A stretch of DNA of 64,000 nt from positions 320,001-384,000 of the forward strand of contig CAVUWV010000001.1 in NCBI GenBank assembly GCA_963745075.1. The letters run 5' to 3'. Source of the stretch: Candidatus Hydrogenedentota bacterium (lineage in GTDB: Bacteria; Hydrogenedentota; Hydrogenedentia; Hydrogenedentales; SLHB01). Each line of letters starts with the position of its first letter. The first letter of the stretch is position 1. Position numbers and translations under genes: made by a program. Below the pieces are notes generated by a model. The model had not been told where the DNA came from. It saw nothing but the letters and a program-made list of their open reading frames with translations, and did no database searches. This document shows positions 28,932 through 40,091 of the stretch, one piece after another.

Positions 28932-29757
28932 TCGAGATTTCGAGCGAGAAGTCCACCGCCGGCGCGGAATGGGTCAGTGCGCCAATGGAAATCACGTGGA
29001 CTCCCGTCTCGGCAATCGCACGCAAACGTTCTACATTAACGTTTCCGCTCGCTTCGAGGACGACTTTGTGGCCGTTCGACCGTTGCGCCGCTTCGCGCAT
29101 ATCGTCAAGGCCCATGTTGTCCAGCAGAATCGCATCCGCACCGCACTTCAGGGCTTCGTCAAACTCGTCGAGGCTTCGTACTTCGACACCCACTTTCATA
29201 AGATGATGGGTGCCCTTAATCGCGCGCGTCACCGCCTCGGTTACGCCCCCCGCCGCCGTGATGTGGTTCTCCTTGATCAGGACGCCGTCAAACAGGGCAA
29301 ATCGATGGTTCGCCCCTCCCCCGTGGATGACCGCCCGCTTTTCGAGGTTTCGCATCAGGGGAGTCGTCTTACGCGTATCGCAGACCCGCACGCCCAAATC
29401 CTGCACCTCACGGACGAATTTGGCCGTAAAGGTCGCGACGCCGGAGAGGCGCTGTACGAAATTCAGTGCCACCCGCTCGCCGGCCAGCACACCACGCGTG
29501 ATTCCGGAAAACAACGCAACATCCTGCCCCGCAGCGAATTGGGTGCCGTCCTCCAGGGAATACCAGTCCGCGATCTCGGCCCCGGACTCCTCGAATACCG
29601 TGCGAAGAATCGTGATCCCGCTGAGCACGCCTTCCTGCTTGGCGAACAGGCGCGCCTTGCACCGCACATTCGGGGGTACGGTGGCGTTTGTCGTGATATC
29701 GCCCTGACCGATGTCCTCCACGAGGGCATCGCGGACCAATGTTCGGAAACCAAGCAT
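28924..29757 (-). CDS. nadC: Quinolinate phosphoribosyltransferase
   Basis: EDIG.GDIT, ERVALN, DTRKTTP, NHRFALFD, IKENH, LLDNM, EASG. Confidence 0.96.
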   Translation of the reverse strand: MLGFRTLVRDALVEDIGQGDITTNATVPPNVRCKARLFAKQEGVLSGITILRTVFEESGAEIADWYSLEDGTQFAAGQDVALFSGITRGVLAGERVALNFVQRLSGVATFTAKFVREVQDLGVRVCDTRKTTPLMRNLEKRAVIHGGGANHRFALFDGVLIKENHITAAGGVTEAVTRAIKGTHHLMKVGVEVRSLDEFDEALKCGADAILLDNMGLDDMREAAQRSNGHKVVLEASGNVNVERLRAIAETGVHVISIGALTHSAPAVDFSLEISNV

Positions 29758-29893
29758 TCCAGCAACTCCAAGATCCAAGCGCGCAAGTGTAGCATGAAAC
29801 GGGCAAAAATTTCGATATCTTCGCCGCCGTCAGGTGCAATCCTCCCCGCAACCATCACCCTGAAAAACGGCTGTTGACCGCCAATCTCACATT

Positions 29894-29958
29894 CGTCGTG
29901 CTCGTGCTCGTGTAGGTCCGTGCTCGTGTAGGTCCGTGCTCGTCCGTGAAGGTCCGGG
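29894..29958 (+). repeat. ctcgtg / gtccgtg simple repeats
   Basis: tcgtgctcgtgctcgtgtgtaggtccgtgctcgtgtaggtccgtg. Confidence 0.7.
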
Positions 29959-31401
29959 TCAGTCCGGGTCCGCCAAAAAACTTCTCACAGTCTCAATCAT
30001 CTCCGCCCGGGGCACGGTCACCTGCCCGGTCTTGCCCGCCTGCCGGTAAGCCTCCCGATCCGTGATTTCCTCACGCTCGCGCTTGCCCGCGAAAAGGTCC
30101 TTCACCGAGACGACGCCCGCCGCCAGTTCGTCCCCACCGACAATCACGGCCACCGGAATTTCGTAGTGGTCCGCATGCGAGAGCTGCGCCTTCATGTTCT
30201 TCTTCTTGCCGAAATAGGCTTCCGCGCGGATTCCAGCCGCGCGCAATTCCGACGCGATCTTCAAGGATTCCGCCTCCGGTACGCCGCCCAAGCTGACCAC
30301 CAGGGCCTGAACGGTGCTTCGTTCTGTCGGCACCAGCCCGAGATGCTTGAGCGCCGCCAGGAGCCGATCCAACCCGACCGACATACCCGTGCTGGGAATT
30401 GCGCGGTCCATGAATCGCGATACAAGCCCGTCGTACCGCCCGCCGCCCATCACCGAGCCAAACTCCGGCGCGCTGGGCAGCACCGTCTCGAAAACGGGGC
30501 CCGTGTAGTAGTCCAGACCGCGCGCGAGGCTGGGGTCGAACACGGCATGTTCTTCGCGGACCCCCAGGGCCTCAAGCCCCTCAGCCAGCGCCTTCATTTC
30601 TGTGACCGCCTCGGCCGACGCTTCGGTCTCGGGGAGAGCGGCCGCCAGTCGGTCGACGACTTCCAGACGTGTCCCGCCCTTCAGGCCGACGAAGGTGACC
30701 ACCTTCTCGATGGTTTCGGCGTCCAACCCGGCACCGGGAATCGGATCGCCTGAATCGTCGATACGTCCCGGTCCCAGTTCAAGACGAACGTTGTCCATTC
30801 CGACCTTGGCCAGCTTGTCGATGACGCGCAGCACGTGCTTCTGCCGATCGAGATCGTCAATGCCGCAACTCGCCAAAAGCGCGTCAATTACCTTGCGGTT
30901 GTTAATCACCACGCGATACTCACGCACGCCCAGCGCGTCCATCACCTCGCACATGATCGAGACGATCTCCGCATCCACCGCCACCGACTGCGAACCCGCC
31001 GCGTCAATGTCGAACTGGGTGAACTGCCGGAACCGTCCGGGCCCGGGCTTGTCCGCGCGCCAGACCGGGCCGATGGCGTAGCGCCGAAACGGCGCTTTCA
31101 ACTTATCCGGATACTGTGCCAGCAACCGCGCGAATGGCACCGTCAGGTCGAACCGCATGGCGATGGGTTCGCCTTCCGGACTTTCCTGCCGGAACAGTTC
31201 CTTGTTCGTCTCCTCGCCGCCCGTTCCCAGCAACACATCCAGATGCTCCAACGCCGGCGTCTCCAACGGCGCGAACCCGTATTTCTGAAACACCCCTTCG
31301 ATGGCAGCGATCACCGCCTTGCGCGGAAGTAAGTCCTCCGGCAGGAGGTCCTGAAACCCTTTTAACGTGCGCGGTTCTACCCACTGATTCGTCTCGGACA
31401 T
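29959..31401 (-). CDS. hisS: Histidine-tRNA ligase
   Basis: RFDLTVP, GRFRQFTQFDID, ARGLDYYTG, GGGRYDGL, GLDR. Confidence 0.96.
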   Translation of the reverse strand: MSETNQWVEPRTLKGFQDLLPEDLLPRKAVIAAIEGVFQKYGFAPLETPALEHLDVLLGTGGEETNKELFRQESPEGEPIAMRFDLTVPFARLLAQYPDKLKAPFRRYAIGPVWRADKPGPGRFRQFTQFDIDAAGSQSVAVDAEIVSIMCEVMDALGVREYRVVINNRKVIDALLASCGIDDLDRQKHVLRVIDKLAKVGMDNVRLELGPGRIDDSGDPIPGAGLDAETIEKVVTFVGLKGGTRLEVVDRLAAALPETEASAEAVTEMKALAEGLEALGVREEHAVFDPSLARGLDYYTGPVFETVLPSAPEFGSVMGGGRYDGLVSRFMDRAIPSTGMSVGLDRLLAALKHLGLVPTERSTVQALVVSLGGVPEAESLKIASELRAAGIRAEAYFGKKKNMKAQLSHADHYEIPVAVIVGGDELAAGVVSVKDLFAGKREREEITDREAYRQAGKTGQVTVPRAEMIETVRSFLADPD

Positions 31402-31662
31402 GGAACGATTCTCTTTCTCAGACGTAGGAGTTTGCCAAGAAACAACGCGGTCGGAACTATCGCCCGCGCGATCATGCGGAACATACCGCCCCCGCAACCA
31501 TCATGCAGGGAACCAAGACCCAAGTATACCGCGTCCCATGCACACAGGCCAAACGTGGCAGAGGTGCCGTTTGAATCGTTAGAATATCTCACTCGATACC
31601 AATGTTGATCTTCTCATCCCTCGACCAGCGCAGGTAAACAACGCGAAAGGAGAATTCTTCTG

Positions 31663-32166
31663 ATGGCTAAGGCGAAAGCCGGCGCCCCTCGGGTGGCCGT
31701 GATTATGGGGAGCAAAAGCGACTGGGGCTGCATGCAAAAGACCAGCGACATGCTGAAAGAACTGGCGATCGCACACGAGTGTCGCGTGTTGTCCGCGCAC
31801 CGGACGCCCGACGAACTGTTCGCCTATGTGGCGGATGCCGAGCAACGCGGCGTGCAGGTGTTTATCGCGGCGGCAGGCGGTGCGGCGCACTTGGCCGGCG
31901 TGATCGCCGCGAAGACCACGAAACCCGTGCTGGGCGTCCCCATGCAGTCCAAATCGCTTCAGGGGCTGGACTCCCTGTTGTCCATGGTGCAGATGCCGAA
32001 GGGGATTCCCGTGGCGACCCTGGCCATCGGCGACGCGGGCGCCGGCAACGCGGCGCTCTTCGCGGCGGCCATTCTCGCCCTACAGGATCCGGCGGTCGGC
32101 GAGCGCATTCAGCAATTTCGTGAAACCCAGGCGGAAAAGATCCGCAAGGAAACGTTGGACTATTGA
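31663..32166 (+). CDS. purE: N5-CAIR mutase
   Basis: IMGSKSD, SAHRTP, AGGAAHLAGV, SMVQMPKGIPVAT. Confidence 0.97.
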   Translation: MAKAKAGAPRVAVIMGSKSDWGCMQKTSDMLKELAIAHECRVLSAHRTPDELFAYVADAEQRGVQVFIAAAGGAAHLAGVIAAKTTKPVLGVPMQSKSLQGLDSLLSMVQMPKGIPVATLAIGDAGAGNAALFAAAILALQDPAVGERIQQFRETQAEKIRKETLDY

Positions 32167-32175
32167 CTGCTAAAG

Positions 32176-32211
32176 CAAGGCCCGGCCGGTTCGTTCATTC
32201 GGCCGGGCTTG
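32176..32211. terminator. Hairpin between convergent genes
   Basis: gcccggccg...cggccgggc. Confidence 0.55.
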
Positions 32212-32217
32212 GTGTCT

Positions 32218-32658
32218 TTATTCGCCTGAATGCTCCGCCAATCGCGCGTTCATATCCCGAAGGCGCTTGCTCAACGTGCCGATGATGTTCAGCAGAATGC
32301 GGATCGCGGCCCGTTTCGTCATCAGCCGCTGAAAGATCGTTTCGCTGAGAACAAACAGCCGGCAATCTTCCGCAGCGACCGTCGTGGCGCTGCGCGGTTC
32401 ACTGTTGATGAGCGCCATTTCCCCGAACATGTCCCCGGGCCGCAAGGTCGTCAGGTGCTTCTTCCCGTCAAAGACGCCCACCGTGCCCCCCAACACCACG
32501 TACATCTGGTTGCCGGTCGTGCCCTGGTAGAAAACAGTTTCCCCTTTCTTCACGTCCATGGTCATGCCCTTGGCGAAGATCTTGGCGACTTCCTCCGGGC
32601 TCAACCCGCGAAACAGGGGCACCCGCTTCGCCATCTCTGCGTATTTGGCCATCAACAT
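32218..32658 (-). CDS. Stand-alone cyclic nucleotide-binding domain protein
   Basis: VPLFRGL, FGEMALI..PRSAT motif; no HTH. Confidence 0.85.
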   Translation of the reverse strand: MLMAKYAEMAKRVPLFRGLSPEEVAKIFAKGMTMDVKKGETVFYQGTTGNQMYVVLGGTVGVFDGKKHLTTLRPGDMFGEMALINSEPRSATTVAAEDCRLFVLSETIFQRLMTKRAAIRILLNIIGTLSKRLRDMNARLAEHSGE

Positions 32659-32719
32659 CCGAGTACCCCTCCCGGCGGAATGGTCTTACTGCACGACACC
32701 GCGAACGTTCGTTAATTGG

Positions 32720-33550
32720 TTAGACGACGTAGATGAATCGGCTGCAATTCGAGCACGTGTGAATGTGGCTCGTGTCCTGACGAACCTGCTGCACGAATTT
32801 CGACGGAAGGCGCATGAAACACCCTTGACAGGTATCGCCCTCGACCGGAACCAGCGCCGGCGCCCGGCTCTTGGACAAGCGGTCGTAATGCTTCAACACC
32901 CGCGGTTCGACGAGCGACCGAATCGCCTCCATGCGCTGACTGATCTGGGTCTTGCCGCTGCGCGCCGACTGAAGCATCTCCTGGCACAACTGCAAGCGCG
33001 CCAGTAGAATCAAGTCGGCGTGACCGTCGGTGACCTTCGAGAGTTCCGGATCCGCCTTCAGCTTGCGCAGATCCTGCTCGTGAGTTTCCGCAAAGGATTC
33101 CGACGTCGCCTCCAGCAAGTCGTACATTTCGTCCGCGGTCTTCGCTTCCAGCATCGCCTTGAGGTGTTGCTTGTCGCTCAAGAGCTTCGCCACCGTTGCC
33201 ACGAAATTCAGGTACGACGTTTGTTCCGTCGGCGGATAACAAATGAGGAAAATCAGGTGCACCGGTTTGCGGTCCACGGCCATGAAATCGAGCCCTTCGG
33301 AAACCCGTCCGACGGCGCACGCCAGCGTCTTCATGCCGGTCACACGCGCGTGGGGCACCGCGATGCCGCGTCCAATGCCCGTGCTCTCCGTAACCTCACG
33401 GGCCATGATTTGGTCGAGGGCGGGTCCGTGACCCTCCATTTTCCGTTTCTCAAAAAGGAGATGTGTAAGTTCTTTGAGGGCGTCCGCTTTTGTAGATGCG
33501 GTCATCTCCGGCAGGATGCACGGCTTCGTAATAAACTTCGTCAGAATCAT
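32720..33550 (-). CDS. PTS EIIA (PtsN/Fru-type) domain fused to a C4 zinc ribbon (DUF164/zf-RING_7-like)
   Basis: RE..ESTGIGRGIAVPHAR with the phospho-His; C-terminal CQGCFMRLP...CSNCSRFIY. Confidence 0.85.
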   Translation of the reverse strand: MILTKFITKPCILPEMTASTKADALKELTHLLFEKRKMEGHGPALDQIMAREVTESTGIGRGIAVPHARVTGMKTLACAVGRVSEGLDFMAVDRKPVHLIFLICYPPTEQTSYLNFVATVAKLLSDKQHLKAMLEAKTADEMYDLLEATSESFAETHEQDLRKLKADPELSKVTDGHADLILLARLQLCQEMLQSARSGKTQISQRMEAIRSLVEPRVLKHYDRLSKSRAPALVPVEGDTCQGCFMRLPSKFVQQVRQDTSHIHTCSNCSRFIYVV

Positions 33551-33828
33551 ACCTTGCGTTTCCCTTAGCACTAGAGCCCCCTCCATCGGCGCACTTATAC
33601 GGGTACTGCCGTGCACGGGCCCGATTCGTAATATCTGCCCCACAACCAACTTCTGCAAGACAGTTCCTAAGCGCGTAACGCGCTGGATTGCTTAACCCTA
33701 GTGTAGCATCGCCGTCCCCGACACTCAACCGCAGTCGCCGCGCGGTCCCACGCCAACACCCCCATTTAGAATCCCGGAATTGCCTCGGAACGCTGCGCGC
33801 TCGTGGCATGCCTTGGTCGGATATTGGC

Positions 33829-33979
33829 TTACAAGTGCGTAAATGAACGGCGCCACCACGCCGGCCTGACCGGCGAACCACATGAGTAGCCCCAGGAGCA
33901 TCAGGGCCAGGACGATGGGCGCGAGCCAGAATTTCTTCCGCACGCGTAAAAACAACCAGATTTCTCGAACGGTTTCCAT
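33829..33979 (-). CDS. DUF5989 (SxtK-like) small membrane protein; stop probably lost to a 1-nt indel
   Basis: RKKFWLAPI...APFIYAL signature; read-through to 33725 looks non-native. Confidence 0.75.
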
Positions 33980-34039
33980 GACGACAGTCTACTCCGCGGC
34001 CGACCGGAAGAAAAGCGCGCGCCGCCATACGAGCGAAGG

Positions 34040-34444
34040 TCAGAACTGATTTCGGTACCGTTCCCGGTCGGAGGGCTGCTCTTCCGGCGTTTCCCAATAG
34101 GACGCCGCATCCGGCATCCAGTCGCGCTTCAGGGGATCGGATCCGAATACCTGGTTCAACAACCGCGCTGGCGTGATCAGGCCGTAGAAGGCGACCGTCA
34201 GCAACACGCGAGTCATCACCCAATTCAGTGCTTCGGAGAACTTAAGCCACACGGAGAACAATGGTCGCAAGGCAAATGGCGCGAAGACCGCTGCGATCAG
34301 CAATACCAGGGCTGCCGTGAAAATTGCCGGCGACGGCGCGCCTTTCAGCCACCACCGAATTCCCCCCAAAATCGCCAGCGCCGCCGCCATCACGAGGCCG
34401 AAGTTGCGCTGTTCCCGGGGGTCCGATACGTTCACGTCAGTCAT
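34040..34444 (-). CDS. SxtJ-family membrane protein
   Basis: RNFG, W.KF...L.WV.TR..L...FY..ITP, DPL, SYW, NQF end. Confidence 0.85.
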   Translation of the reverse strand: MTDVNVSDPREQRNFGLVMAAALAILGGIRWWLKGAPSPAIFTAALVLLIAAVFAPFALRPLFSVWLKFSEALNWVMTRVLLTVAFYGLITPARLLNQVFGSDPLKRDWMPDAASYWETPEEQPSDRERYRNQF

Positions 34445-34460
34445 CACGAACGGGATCCTT

Positions 34461-36272
34461 TCAGTCCAACTCGAAACGGTTCTGCCAATTCTCATCCTCG
34501 TGCCACAACGGTTGCTGCTTCTTATCCAAGAGAAACGATCCCAGCACAAGGTAGTCCATGTGCGTGCGCATGAAACACCGGTACGCCTCCCGCGGCGTGC
34601 AAACGATGGGTTCGCCGCGGACGTTGAACGACGTGTTGATCAGCACCGGACATCCCGTGCGCGCGTAGAAACTGGATATCAACTCGTGAAACAGCGGATT
34701 GTCCTCCCGCGACACGGTTTGGATGCGCGCGGAGTTGTCCACGTGGGTGACCGCCGGGATCTCCGAACGCGCGACCCGCAGTTTGTCGAAACCCGCGGCG
34801 TTGCGATCGTCTTCCGACAATCCCGTCAGCCGGCTTTCTTTTACGTCGGCCACAAGCAACATGTAGGGACTCTCACCGTCGAGATCGAAGTACTCCGACA
34901 CGTGCTCGCGTAGGACGGACGGCGCAAAGGGCCGGAACGACTCGCGAAACTTGATCTTCAAGTTCAACGTCGACTGCATGTCGCGCGACCGTGGGTCCGC
35001 CAGAATGCTGCGTGCACCCAGCGCGCGCGGCCCGAATTCCATGCGTCCCTGGAACCATCCCACGACCTTTCCTTCGGCCAGGAAACCGGCGATCTTGTCG
35101 CAGAGCGTATCCGCAGCGAGCCGTTGGTGCGGAATCTTTTCCTCAATGACATACGACTCCAGCGTCGCGTCCGTGAAAGAAGGTCCCAGGTAGCTCGCCT
35201 TCTGGCGTCGCCGGTCCGGTACCCGCTCGTTCCCCATGATTTGATGCCAGGCGAACAGCGCGCAACCCAACGCATTGCCTGCATCGCTCGCAGCCGGTTG
35301 AATCCAAATATCGTCGAATGGCCCTTCGCGAAGAAGGCGTCCGTTCGCAACACAATTCAAGGCCACACCACCCGCCAGCGCCAAGTTCTTCAGCCCCGTC
35401 TCCTGATGCACCGTGTTTGCCATAGCCAGCAGCACATCCTCAACGACGACCTGGACCGACCGCGCCATGTCCATTTCCCGCTGCGTGATTCTCGATTCCG
35501 GTTCGCGACGCGGCCCGCCAAACAGTTCGGCAAACCGCGCATTCGTCATGCGCAACCCCGCGCAGTAGTCGAAGTACTCCATATTCAAACGGAAGGATCC
35601 GTCGTCCTTGATGTCGATCAGGTCGCGGCGGATGAGATCCACATAGGTCGGCTTCCCATAGGGTGCGAGTCCCATGAGTTTGTATTCGCCGCTGTTCACT
35701 TTGAACCCCGTGAAGTACGTGAACGCCGAGTAGAGCAATCCCAGCGAGTGGGGAAAATTGATCTGTTTCAGGATCTCGACGCGGTTGCCCCGTCCAACGC
35801 CGTAGGTCGAGGTCGCCCACTCGCCCACGCCGTCCACGGTGACGATCGCCGCCTCCTCGAATGGGCTGGGAAAAAACGCCGCCGCGGCATGGGCCTGGTG
35901 GTGAGAGGTGAACAGAATCTCCCCCTTATACCCCAACCGGCGCCGTATCGTGCCCCGCGTAAACAACTTCTCCTTCAGCCAAAACGGCATCTGGCTGATG
36001 AAGGAACGAAGCCCCTTCGGCGCCGTCGCGATATAGGTCATCAGCAGCCGCTCGAATTTCACGAAAGGCTTGTCGTAGAACACGATACAATCGATGTCAT
36101 CGATATCCAGCGCGGCCCGCTCCAGGCAATAGGCGACCGCGTTTTCGGGGAAGCGCGGATCGTGCTTCTGACGGCTGAAGCGTTCTTCCTGGACCGCCGC
36201 CGTTATGTCGCCGTCCTGAACCACACACGCCGCACTATCGTGGTAAAAGGCCGATATTCCCAGAAGATTCAT
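34461..36272 (-). CDS. NodU/CmcH-family O-carbamoyltransferase
   Basis: LGISAFYHDSAA, QEERF, HHQAHAA, DGVGE, GEYKLMGLAPYG, GRMEFGPRALG, RESFRPFAP, NTSFN. Confidence 0.93.
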   Translation of the reverse strand: MNLLGISAFYHDSAACVVQDGDITAAVQEERFSRQKHDPRFPENAVAYCLERAALDIDDIDCIVFYDKPFVKFERLLMTYIATAPKGLRSFISQMPFWLKEKLFTRGTIRRRLGYKGEILFTSHHQAHAAAAFFPSPFEEAAIVTVDGVGEWATSTYGVGRGNRVEILKQINFPHSLGLLYSAFTYFTGFKVNSGEYKLMGLAPYGKPTYVDLIRRDLIDIKDDGSFRLNMEYFDYCAGLRMTNARFAELFGGPRREPESRITQREMDMARSVQVVVEDVLLAMANTVHQETGLKNLALAGGVALNCVANGRLLREGPFDDIWIQPAASDAGNALGCALFAWHQIMGNERVPDRRRQKASYLGPSFTDATLESYVIEEKIPHQRLAADTLCDKIAGFLAEGKVVGWFQGRMEFGPRALGARSILADPRSRDMQSTLNLKIKFRESFRPFAPSVLREHVSEYFDLDGESPYMLLVADVKESRLTGLSEDDRNAAGFDKLRVARSEIPAVTHVDNSARIQTVSREDNPLFHELISSFYARTGCPVLINTSFNVRGEPIVCTPREAYRCFMRTHMDYLVLGSFLLDKKQQPLWHEDENWQNRFELD

Positions 36273-36592
36273 TTCAGATGCCACTCTTGACGATCGGTAA
36301 CCCCGCGAACGCGCATTGTACGCATGCCTTGAAATACGATCAATTGCCCCTGAACTGCTTGGCAGAATGAAACGCAATGTGGTAAAAATTGTACGTAGGG
36401 TGAGGTAATTGCTGTACATGCCATGACGGGTCTCGGCAGCCATGTGGGGGCGGCCGATTCCACCGAAACACCGATCCGCGTTCGCAAAGTAAGATCGATC
36501 AGGGGGGTATCGCCGTTTTGGGTCTCCCAGTACCAGGACGGCGGCGTGTGGGATTTTGTCAATTGCAACACCAGGAGAGGAGGAGTCTGAAA

Positions 36593-37691
<1,099 letters not shown>

Positions 37692-37734
37692 AAAGTCGAA
37701 CGTCCCGCAATCGCTCGAAAACCTGACAGTTTAC

Positions 37735-37760
37735 CGGCCCGGCGAGGAATCGCCGGGCCG
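37735..37760 (+). terminator. GC-rich hairpin after ompA
   Basis: cggcccggcga-ggaa-tcgccgggccg. Confidence 0.55.
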
Positions 37761-37796
37761 CTTCTCTGTCCTTCGGCGACGGGAGCATTTGCGTTC

Positions 37797-38067
37797 GTCG
37801 TCCTTGCTGTCCTTGCTGTCCTTGTTGTCCTTGCTCGTCCCTGCTGTCCCTGCTGTCTCTGCCGTCCCTGCCGTCCCTGCCGTCCCTGCCGTCCCTGCCG
37901 TCCCTGCCGTCCCTGCTGTCCGTGACTGTCCGTGACTGTCCGTGACTGTCCGTGTGTGTCCGTGTGTGTCCGTGTACTGTCCGTGTGTGTCCGTGTGTGT
38001 CTCCAGACACTTCCACTTCGACTTCTGCCCACTCCCCCTTTGAAGGGGGATCAAGGGGGATGTTCTT
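37797..38067 (+). repeat. 9-mer (gtccctgcc) and 10-mer (gtccgtgact/gtccgtgtgt) arrays plus CCCCCTTTGAAGGGGG REP
   Basis: Direct reading. Confidence 0.9.
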
Positions 38068-38127
38068 CCCTGAAGGGCTTGGATTAGATCTCGAAAGAAG
38101 CTCGATTTCCCGAGAAAGTCTCCGGCC

Positions 38128-39492
38128 CTACGCCGCCTCCTCCGCCACCCGCCCCGCTGGTTCGGGCAGTGCGCGAGCGAGCACGACGGGCATCACCACC
38201 AACGCCGCGGCGACGTAGTAGGCCAGGGCCCCGCCCAAACGCCAATAGAGGACACACGCGACAAGCGGTCCGATGGCCCGGGCAAGCGATTCGAGGGATC
38301 GAAATACGCCCAGAATGCGCCCCTGCTCCCGGACGGGCGTGTACAGAGAAACGAGGGCCGACAGGCACGGTCGCACCTGCGCCGATGCCAGCGCCATAAT
38401 GAGCAGTCCCACATAGAAGACTGCGGTGTTCGGTGCAAACCCAACGACCGCGAGGCCGGGCACGGCCAGCATGAGTCCATGGAGCCCCATGCGTTTGGGA
38501 CCGATCACGCCGCTGCGCGTTCGCACATAGGAACCCTGCATCAGGGCCAGAATGATTCCGATGAACAGGAACATATACATGATCTGCTTCGGCCCGTAGT
38601 TGAAACGGTCGGCTGCCAGGAAGGTCAGCGAAAACTCCATTCCGGAAAACGCCAGCAGATACACAAAGTAGATGATGTTGGTCCGGGTCACGCCGGGGTA
38701 TCCCGTGCGGAACAGCGCGACCGGGTTGATGGGACGCCGCGCCGCGAGGCTCGGGCCGGCGTGCTCGAACCGGGTCTCGTGCAGGCGGGTCGCGACGGCG
38801 AACCAGTTGATCGTTGCCAGGACGAAGGCCGCAAAGGCCGCCATGCTGTAGGGATTCACGCCGTAGGTCGCCAAGGACGGCCACGTTTTGGAAAGGTCGA
38901 AGCCGGAGAGGATCCCGCCGAGGGCCGGACCGAACATGAACCCGATTCCAACCGCCAGCCCCAGCACCGCCATCCCGCGCGACCGGCGCTCATCCGGCGT
39001 CACGTCCGCGATAACGGCGCTGGCCGTCGAGATATTGCCGCTCATCAGTCCCCCGATAAACCGCGCCACGACGAGGACGGTGAAACTGCCGGCTACGAAC
39101 CAAAGAGCGTAAGAGAGGGCGAGTCCCGCGATGGAAACCAAAAGCACCGGGCGGCGTCCGTAGCGGTCGGAAAGACTGCCCATGATCGGCGCACAAAAAA
39201 ACTGCAAGATAGCGTAGAGCGAGCCCAGAAACCCGCCGAAAAGCACCACCAACCCCGTGTCCGCGTCCGCGCCGACGGCGTGGCTGAAAGCTTCCAGTGC
39301 GTTGACCACCCCACCCAAAAGGCCCACTGTTCCTTCGTGGGCCAGATAGTACTTCAGCATGCTCGGATACAGCGGAAAGATGATGGAAAACCCGGCCATG
39401 TCCAGAGCGACGATGAGAAAGACGATGCGCAGGACGTGTTTCGCGTCCTGTTCCTTCATGTGACCGGGTGCATGTGTAGCCTTGCGTGACAT
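38128..39492 (-). CDS. MFS transporter, TetA/DHA1-like
   Basis: GSLSDRYGRRPVL, ARFIGG..SGNISTA, GF.FGPALGG. Confidence 0.88.
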   Translation of the reverse strand: MSRKATHAPGHMKEQDAKHVLRIVFLIVALDMAGFSIIFPLYPSMLKYYLAHEGTVGLLGGVVNALEAFSHAVGADADTGLVVLFGGFLGSLYAILQFFCAPIMGSLSDRYGRRPVLLVSIAGLALSYALWFVAGSFTVLVVARFIGGLMSGNISTASAVIADVTPDERRSRGMAVLGLAVGIGFMFGPALGGILSGFDLSKTWPSLATYGVNPYSMAAFAAFVLATINWFAVATRLHETRFEHAGPSLAARRPINPVALFRTGYPGVTRTNIIYFVYLLAFSGMEFSLTFLAADRFNYGPKQIMYMFLFIGIILALMQGSYVRTRSGVIGPKRMGLHGLMLAVPGLAVVGFAPNTAVFYVGLLIMALASAQVRPCLSALVSLYTPVREQGRILGVFRSLESLARAIGPLVACVLYWRLGGALAYYVAAALVVMPVVLARALPEPAGRVAEEAA

Positions 39493-39634
39493 GGATTCTC
39501 TTTACAGCGACAGTTAAGGCGAGTAAGGCCATAACAGTATCGAATCGGTACCTCAAAGATCAAACACGCAATACGCCGAGCTGGGATTCGAATACTAAGA
39601 GCGCGTTCCAAAAGTGGGATATCGGCAAAACGTC

Positions 39635-39719
39635 GCGGATGTAGCGCAGGCGTCCCCGCCTGCATCCTTTGGGGCGCTGTCACAGGATTTGTAGGCGGGT
39701 ACGCCTGCGCTACATCCGC
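39635..39719. repeat. GTAG-type REP doublet (REPIN)
   Basis: gtagcgcaggcgtccccgcctgca ... taggcgggtacgcctgcgctac; second copy at 51748. Confidence 0.8.
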
Positions 39720-39837
39720 CGCACTTCTCTTTAGGACCGGTAACGATCCCGTTTGAAAACCGCTCTTAGTACACCGCGCACGCGATACTCAGGATCGGCC
39801 TGAGCCCTTTCCTGTCGGAGCCGTACGTCGCCGAAAT

Positions 39838-40075
39838 GGCCCGAAGGGCCTACATACTCATAGCCCCGGGTTGGCCGCCGCGCAGCAAGGCCTACCCGGG
39901 GTATCAATGCCCCAAACACGACTACCCCGAAGGGGTTCAATAACCACCCGATCTAATCCCACCCATACCGTTCATCAAATGCGACTCCATGCCGTCGCAA
40001 TAACATCCGGAATTCGTCCTGAAACGAAAACCCAATGTGATACTCCTCCTGCTCTCGAATGTATTTGGAGACGCG
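39838..40075 (-). pseudogene. tnpA: 3' remnant of an IS200-type tnpA with its palindromic end
   Basis: Minus-strand frame VSKYIREQEEYHIGFSFQDEFRMLLRRHGVAFDERYGWD* (stop 39953-39955) matches the C-terminus of 22945-23397; adjacent gcccgaagggc, ccccggg..cccgggg and accccgaaggggt hairpins. Confidence 0.75.
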
Positions 40076-40091
40076 CCACGCGCATTCCGGG

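Noticed and set aside
33829..36272. Saxitoxin biosynthesis cluster
   Set aside because: Only the widespread I/J/K-like triad is present, with no sxtA, sxtG or other core genes
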